Origin: Nemertoderma westbladi
Taxonomy: Eukaryota; Animalia; Xenacoelomorpha
Length of the DNA: 39,169 nucleotides
Assembly (NCBI GenBank): GCA_032718475.1
Contig: JAUCBJ010007743.1
Coordinates: 1 to 39,169, forward strand
Reading direction: 5' to 3'
Made by a program: the position numbers and the translations under genes. The notes beneath the pieces are model-generated. The model saw only the letters and a list, made by a program, of their open reading frames with translations, was not told the origin of the DNA and ran no database searches. The stretch's first letter is position 1, and each line of letters opens with the position of its first letter. This document shows, in pieces, positions 34,282 through 39,169 of the stretch.

Positions 34282-34471
34282 TGTGGAGATGGCGTCTAGC
34301 CACGAAATGAAAACGTATGTAGACTCAAGTTCGAGCGATCGCTGATGGCATACTGCAGTACTGTCGTACAATTCTGTAGGTGGGCCTAGAGTTCCTCTCT
34401 AGGGTTGCTAGGCAACCGTAATAACAAAGTTTTGGGATTGTATAATATGTAATGTCAGTGGGGCTGCCACA
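34282..34471 (-). repeat. Gypsy 5' LTR (190 bp)
   Basis: Direct repeat of 30147-30335 with one extra A (TATGTAATGTC vs TATGTATGTC). Confidence 0.96.
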
Positions 34472-34591
34472 AAGTTAAGTTAGGAGGGCAGTCTGGGCAG
34501 TACTCCGTAAGGTACATTAAATACAGTAGTTACCTAACTAACAGAAAACAGCGAGACTGCCCTGTTGTGTTTGTTTCTACTTATGTGAAAA

Positions 34592-35392
34592 ATGTCTATT
34601 CCCCAATTGGTGGAATTATCGGGTAAGGTTGCCCTGGTAACGGGGGCCAGTTCGGGTATTGGCGCGGCCACGGCTATTCTATTCAGCCAATTAGGAGCCC
34701 GAATGGCGATCACTGGTCGTGTTAGCGACGCATTGGACGCCACAGCCAATGAATGCCGGGAATCAGACGACGTATTCCGACGTACCTGCGATCTCACGGA
34801 CGATGACGAATGCAAAAAACTTATAGCGGATGTGGTAGAACGATTCGGTAGACTGGATATTCTGGTAAACTCAGCAGGAATACTACGCTTCGGTTCTCTA
34901 GAATCAACCACCTCGGAGGAATACAACCAGATATTTGATATAAACGTTAAGTCGACTTTCCGTTTGAGTCAGTTAGCTATTCCGCATCTCGAGAGCTCCC
35001 GCGGTAGCATCGTGAACGTTTCCAGCGTCACCGGAATCCGCTCATTTGCCGGCGTCATCTCGTACAATATGAGTAAAGCCGCGGTGGACCATCTCACGCG
35101 GTCCGCCGCACTCGAGTTGGCCCCCAAGGGGGTGCGGGTCAACGCGGTCAATCCGGGTGTCATAGTAACCGATATATTCAGACGAGCGGGGATGGATGAG
35201 TCGGCAGTGGCCACCCATGTGGAGGAGGCTAAGTGGATGCATCCGTTGGGGAGACCCGGTCGGCCCGTAGATGTTGCTAGGGTTATTGCTTTCCTAGCTA
35301 GTAAGGCAGCCGACTTTATTACTGGGGTTACGTTGCCAGTGGATGGTGGATGGCAGGCAACTTGCAGAGCTCCCACCATTGCGTCATCTTAA
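34592..35392 (+). CDS. Classical short-chain dehydrogenase/reductase (FabG/glucose-dehydrogenase-like), intronless, 266 aa
   Basis: TGASSGIG NAD(P)-binding motif, LDILVNSAG, VNVSS, catalytic YNMSK, VRVNAVNPG, FITGVTLPVDGG. Confidence 0.95.
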   Translation: MSIPQLVELSGKVALVTGASSGIGAATAILFSQLGARMAITGRVSDALDATANECRESDDVFRRTCDLTDDDECKKLIADVVERFGRLDILVNSAGILRFGSLESTTSEEYNQIFDINVKSTFRLSQLAIPHLESSRGSIVNVSSVTGIRSFAGVISYNMSKAAVDHLTRSAALELAPKGVRVNAVNPGVIVTDIFRRAGMDESAVATHVEEAKWMHPLGRPGRPVDVARVIAFLASKAADFITGVTLPVDGGWQATCRAPTIASS

Positions 35393-36129
35393 CGAGTCTC
35401 GCTGTTTCCAAAATTGAGCGCTATTCAACTATAATTGAGCAAAAACAATGAAAATTGAATTATTTTAGAATTTTCCATTTCAGGGGGGGGGGGGGGGGGG
35501 GGGTTACTGGCTTTCAATTTTTTTTCTATTTCAACTAGAGCACATTTTTATCAAGATTGCAAAGATGAAAACCGTTTAGCAAGATTTTTCTTACTTCTCG
35601 AGATATGGCTGTCTGATGTCCGTTTTACTGTCGGTCTGTCCGTCAGTATGTCTCCAAAACAATAGAAAACATACTAGCTGTCTAAAATTATTTCCTATAT
35701 GGGTTTTCTTTGTCCGTGGCTTCATTACTGTCAGTATTCAAATTTGGCCTTTTTTTTCTGTCTGTATGCATGTCACATGTCAGCCTGTCCATCAAAATAT
35801 AGGTACAGTATTAGTACGTTTGAACGACACTAGCCAAACAAGCCTGATATCAGATAATTAATGGACTTAGATCGTGACTTTTCCAGTTATCATTATTCCA
35901 TTTTGTATAAAACAAGTGAGGTGGTTGGAGAAAGCTGCTAAGGGCTTCTACTAAGCAGCAACCAATCACGTTAATCCTGTTTAACACAGAGTCAATGAGA
36001 ATGTAATATTGCTAACATGAAAAAGTTCAGGTTAACATTATTCCATATCTCAGTATCTGCTGATCTGTATTCACTATTCTATTTATTAGGCCCTACTCCT
36101 TCCTACCCTTGCTGGCCTTGTCTGTTTTA

Positions 36130-37090
36130 TTATACACGAAGTGGGGCCTTCGCGCAGCACGTGAAATGAGTTAATGCTAAGTATCAACTCGAAAGGATTA
36201 TAAAAACATAGGAGACTAGACGTTAACCCTCTAGCGGGAGACTGGGTAACTGAAGAAGGAAGGATTAGTTTCCCTACAAAGCCACAGCCTATGGTCTATT
36301 ACATATCTACCAAGTTTCCGATTGACGGATCATAAATAACGAAATGTTGGAAGGTTTTCACTTTCATACATTTAGCCCTCTAGCGGCATATTAAAGAACT
36401 ACGGATCGATTACCTTCCTCACAAAGACGAGGCATGTGGTCTAGTACATACCGGTACTGTATATTCCAAAATTCAGCTTAAATAGATTAAGATCAAGGAA
36501 TTCGCGAAGGTTATCACTTTCCTACATTTCGCCCTCTAGCGGCAGAGTCGAAAACTCCGGACCGATTACTGTCCACACAAAGACTTAGGATGTCTTCTAG
36601 TACATATATGACAAGTTTCAGCGTAATCAGATCATAAACAACTAAATGGAAGAATAATTTCACATTCGGGACATTTCGCCCTCTAGCGGCAGACTGGAGA
36701 ACTGCAGACAGATTAGCCTCCTTTGAAATTTACAGCTAATGGTCTAGTACATACTTCCCAAGTTTCAGCTTAAACGGATTAAAAGCAAAGAAATGGGTGG
36801 CCATTTAATGTTTAGACATGTGGCCCTCTAGCGGGAGACCATTGCACTGATGGTGTCTGAAAGTCTCTCAAAAATCTCAACTTTTGCTCATATTGATACC
36901 TACAAATTTTCAACTTGGCAGCTTTAAATCCGACAAAGTTATTAGCATGTCAAAATCGTAACGACGACGACAACGACGACGACGACGACGACAACGACGA
37001 CGACGGCGACAACTATTTGCATAAATTGACCCACCCCCTAACAGTGTCAATTCGCTAAGGCTCCGCCAACTTCGTGGCTCGCCCCACAAG
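36130..37090. mobile_element. Helentron/HINE-like non-autonomous element with five ~145-156-bp tandem monomers and (CGA/CAA)n microsatellite
   Basis: CCCTCTAGCGG at 36227, 36376, 36532, 36679, 36824; CAAGTTTC motif in most monomers; microsatellite 36960-37012; GC-rich end 37057-37088 with ACTTCGTG complementary to CACGAAGT near 36135. Boundaries approximate. Confidence 0.6.
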
Positions 37091-37144
37091 ATATACCGTG
37101 CAGTCAGGCAGAACAATAGGTACAGCAAAGCAAATTTATTAAGA

Positions 37145-39169
37145 ACTAGAAAGCCTGTGGCCCTTCGGGCCACAGCTTTCTAGTGCACGTGCAGATGATA
37201 TATGAATATGTGTGGGAGATTGGAGAACTGCATACGGAACAGACACCATCATTAAATAAAACACCACCCCCATAAGAGATAACTGTCAAGTTTCAACTTT
37301 AGTCAGATTGTAAATAACAAAATTTCCAGAAAATGATCACTTTCAGATCCACCCTCTACCTGCGGACTGGTGAATGCAGACGGCGCTGCAGTTTGGTAAA
37401 GATGGGGTTTATGGTGAAGTAAAATGCCTGCCTTTCAAGTTTCAGCTTAAACAGATTGTAAATAACAAAATTGGTGTAGATGTTCATATTCAGACATTTC
37501 ACCCTCTAGCGGTAGACTGAAGAACTGTAGACGACTCTGGGACTCCGTAAAGATACAGAATATGCTGTAGTAGATTCCTGCCAAGTTCCAGCTCAATAGG
37601 ATTAAAAAGAACCAAATGGGATGAGGTGTTCACTATCAGATATTTCGCCCTCTAGCGGCAGATACGGACTGTATAGAACTCTGTGACTCCGTAAAGGTAC
37701 AGCCTATGCTGTAGTAGAAGCCTACCAAGTTTCAGTCTAAACCGTTAGTAAATAACAAAGTTGGAGAAGATGTTAACTTTCAGACATTTCACCCTCTAGC
37801 GGTAGACTGGGGAAGTGAATAGGATTCTGCAACCCCGTAAAGATACAGCCTATGATGTAGTAGATACCAACCAAGTTTCAGCTCAAAATGATTAAAAAGA
37901 ACCAAATGGGATGAGGTTTTCACTATCAGACAATTCGCCCTCTAGCGGATGACTGTGGAACTGTAGACGACTCTACTACTCCGCAAAGATATAGCCTATG
38001 CTATAGTATAGGCCTAAGTTTCAGTCTAAAAGGATTGTAAATAACAAAGTTGGATGAGATGTTAACTTTCATACATTTCGCCCTCTAGCGGCAGACGCGG
38101 GTAATGTAGACAACTCTGCGCGACTCAGTAAAGATATAGCCTATGCTGTAGTAGATGCCTACCAAGTTCAGTCTAAATGGATTATAAATAACAAAGTTGG
38201 AGAAGATGTTAACTTTCAGACATTTCGCCCTCTAGCGGTAGACTGGGGAATTGTAGACGACTCTGCGACTCAATAAAGATACAGCCTTTGCTGTAGTAGA
38301 TGCCTACCAAGTTTCAGTCTAAACGGATTGTAAATAACAAAGTTGGAGAAGATGTTAACTCTCAGACATTTAGCCCTCTAACGGTAGACTGGGGAACTGT
38401 GGACAACTCAGTGACTCCGGAATTATAAAGCCTATGCTGCTGCTGCAGTATATAGCAACCAAGTTTCAGCTCAAAAGCATTAAAAACAACCCAATGAGAT
38501 CAGGTTTTCAGTATCGGACAATTCGCCCTCTAGCGGCAGACGGGGGAACTTCAGACGGCTCTGAGAGGGCGAGACCTATCTAACGAGCTATAGTAAGCGA
38601 GATTTCATCGAGATTAGATGTATAATATTAGATAAAATAATAATACAGTAAGTACAGGCGTAGAGAAATAATTATTTTACTTTTAATATTCATAACAGTA
38701 AAACAAAAATGTTATAAACCTCTCTTTCCATGCAGCCAATGATTGAGAAAGCAGAATTACTCTGAGCAATTCGCAATAGACAACCCAAACCCACCCCAAT
38801 CAACACTCCAGCCTGCTTGCTCCTTATCTGTGCCCAGCCAGCTAGACTGGGGAATTGTAGACGACTCTGCGACTCAATAAAGATACAGCCTTTGCTGTAG
38901 TAGATGCCTACCAAGTTTCAGTCTAAACGGATTGTAAATAACAAAGTTGGAGAAGATGTTAACTCTCAGACATTTAGCCCTCTAACGGTAGACTGGGGAA
39001 CTGTGGACAACTCAGTGACTCCGGAATTATAAAGCCTATGCTGCTGCTGCAGTATATAGCAACCAAGTTTCAGCTCAAAAGCATTAAAAACAACCCAATG
39101 AGATCAGGTTTTCAGTATCGGACAATTCGCCCTCTAGCGGCAGACGGGGGAACTTCAGACGGCTCTGAG
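37145..39169. mobile_element. Second Helentron/HINE-like element: terminal hairpin plus ~146-bp tandem array running off the window
   Basis: ACTAGAAAGCCTGTGGCCC-TTC-GGGCCACAGCTTTCTAGT hairpin 37145-37184; monomer anchors at 37352, 37502, 37648, 37792, 37938, 38081, 38228, 38374, 38526, 38978, 39130. Confidence 0.7.
38843..39169 (+). repeat. 327-bp apparently exact direct duplicate of 38239-38565
   Basis: Constant 604-bp offset at start, internal anchors and end; separated by a 277-bp non-array segment. Confidence 0.9.

Larger units (their letters stand above)
30147..34471 (-). mobile_element. Full-length Ty3/Gypsy LTR retrotransposon (CsRN1/Kabuki-type), 4325 bp, recent insertion
   Basis: Two LTRs TGTGG...CCACA differing by one visible indel; 4-bp TSD AAGT (30143-30146, 34472-34475); PBS, G-run PPT, gag and pol. 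Confidence 0.96.

Noticed and set aside
30603-34299. Many long overlapping ORFs on both strands within the Gypsy element
   Set aside because: Shadow frames expected from high GC; Arg/Pro/Gly-rich with no recognisable motifs.
34592-35392. Bacterial contamination or a bacterial fabG
   Set aside because: Embedded among animal-type transposons with no operon context or Shine-Dalgarno; similar SDRs occur in animals. HGT would need a phylogeny.

Overview
Animal (invertebrate-like, AT-rich, intron-poor) genomic DNA dominated by nested transposable elements around two host genes. Bases 1-14958 are the 3' ~15 kb of an unusually large, partly degenerate BEL/Pao LTR retrotransposon (5' LTR outside the window). 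After gag-pol it carries a ~6.8 kb insert before its PPT and 3' LTR. This insert holds an array of ~15 conserved 22-nt hairpin repeats with variable TTAG/GGAG-rich spacers (one spacer expanded to (TTAG)336, another interrupted by a truncated LINE). It also holds a frameshifted ~800-codon accessory ORF combining a DEDDy/RNase D-WRN-like 3'-5' exonuclease domain with three CCHC zinc knuckles. This array plus exonuclease cargo is the most interesting candidate system. The rest of the window has nested non-autonomous DNA transposons (two hAT-like with 8-bp TSDs, foldback/MITEs), a Mutator transposase relic, a two-exon IFRD gene (443 aa), a C2H2 zinc-finger remnant and a 133-bp structured retroposon tail with a 12-bp TSD. 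It also has a young full-length Ty3/Gypsy (CsRN1/Kabuki-type) element, an intronless SDR gene bracketed by a 13-bp inverted repeat, and Helentron/HINE-like ~146-bp tandem arrays with a CTCF-like motif in every monomer. All calls are from reading the sequence and motif recognition; no database searches were run.
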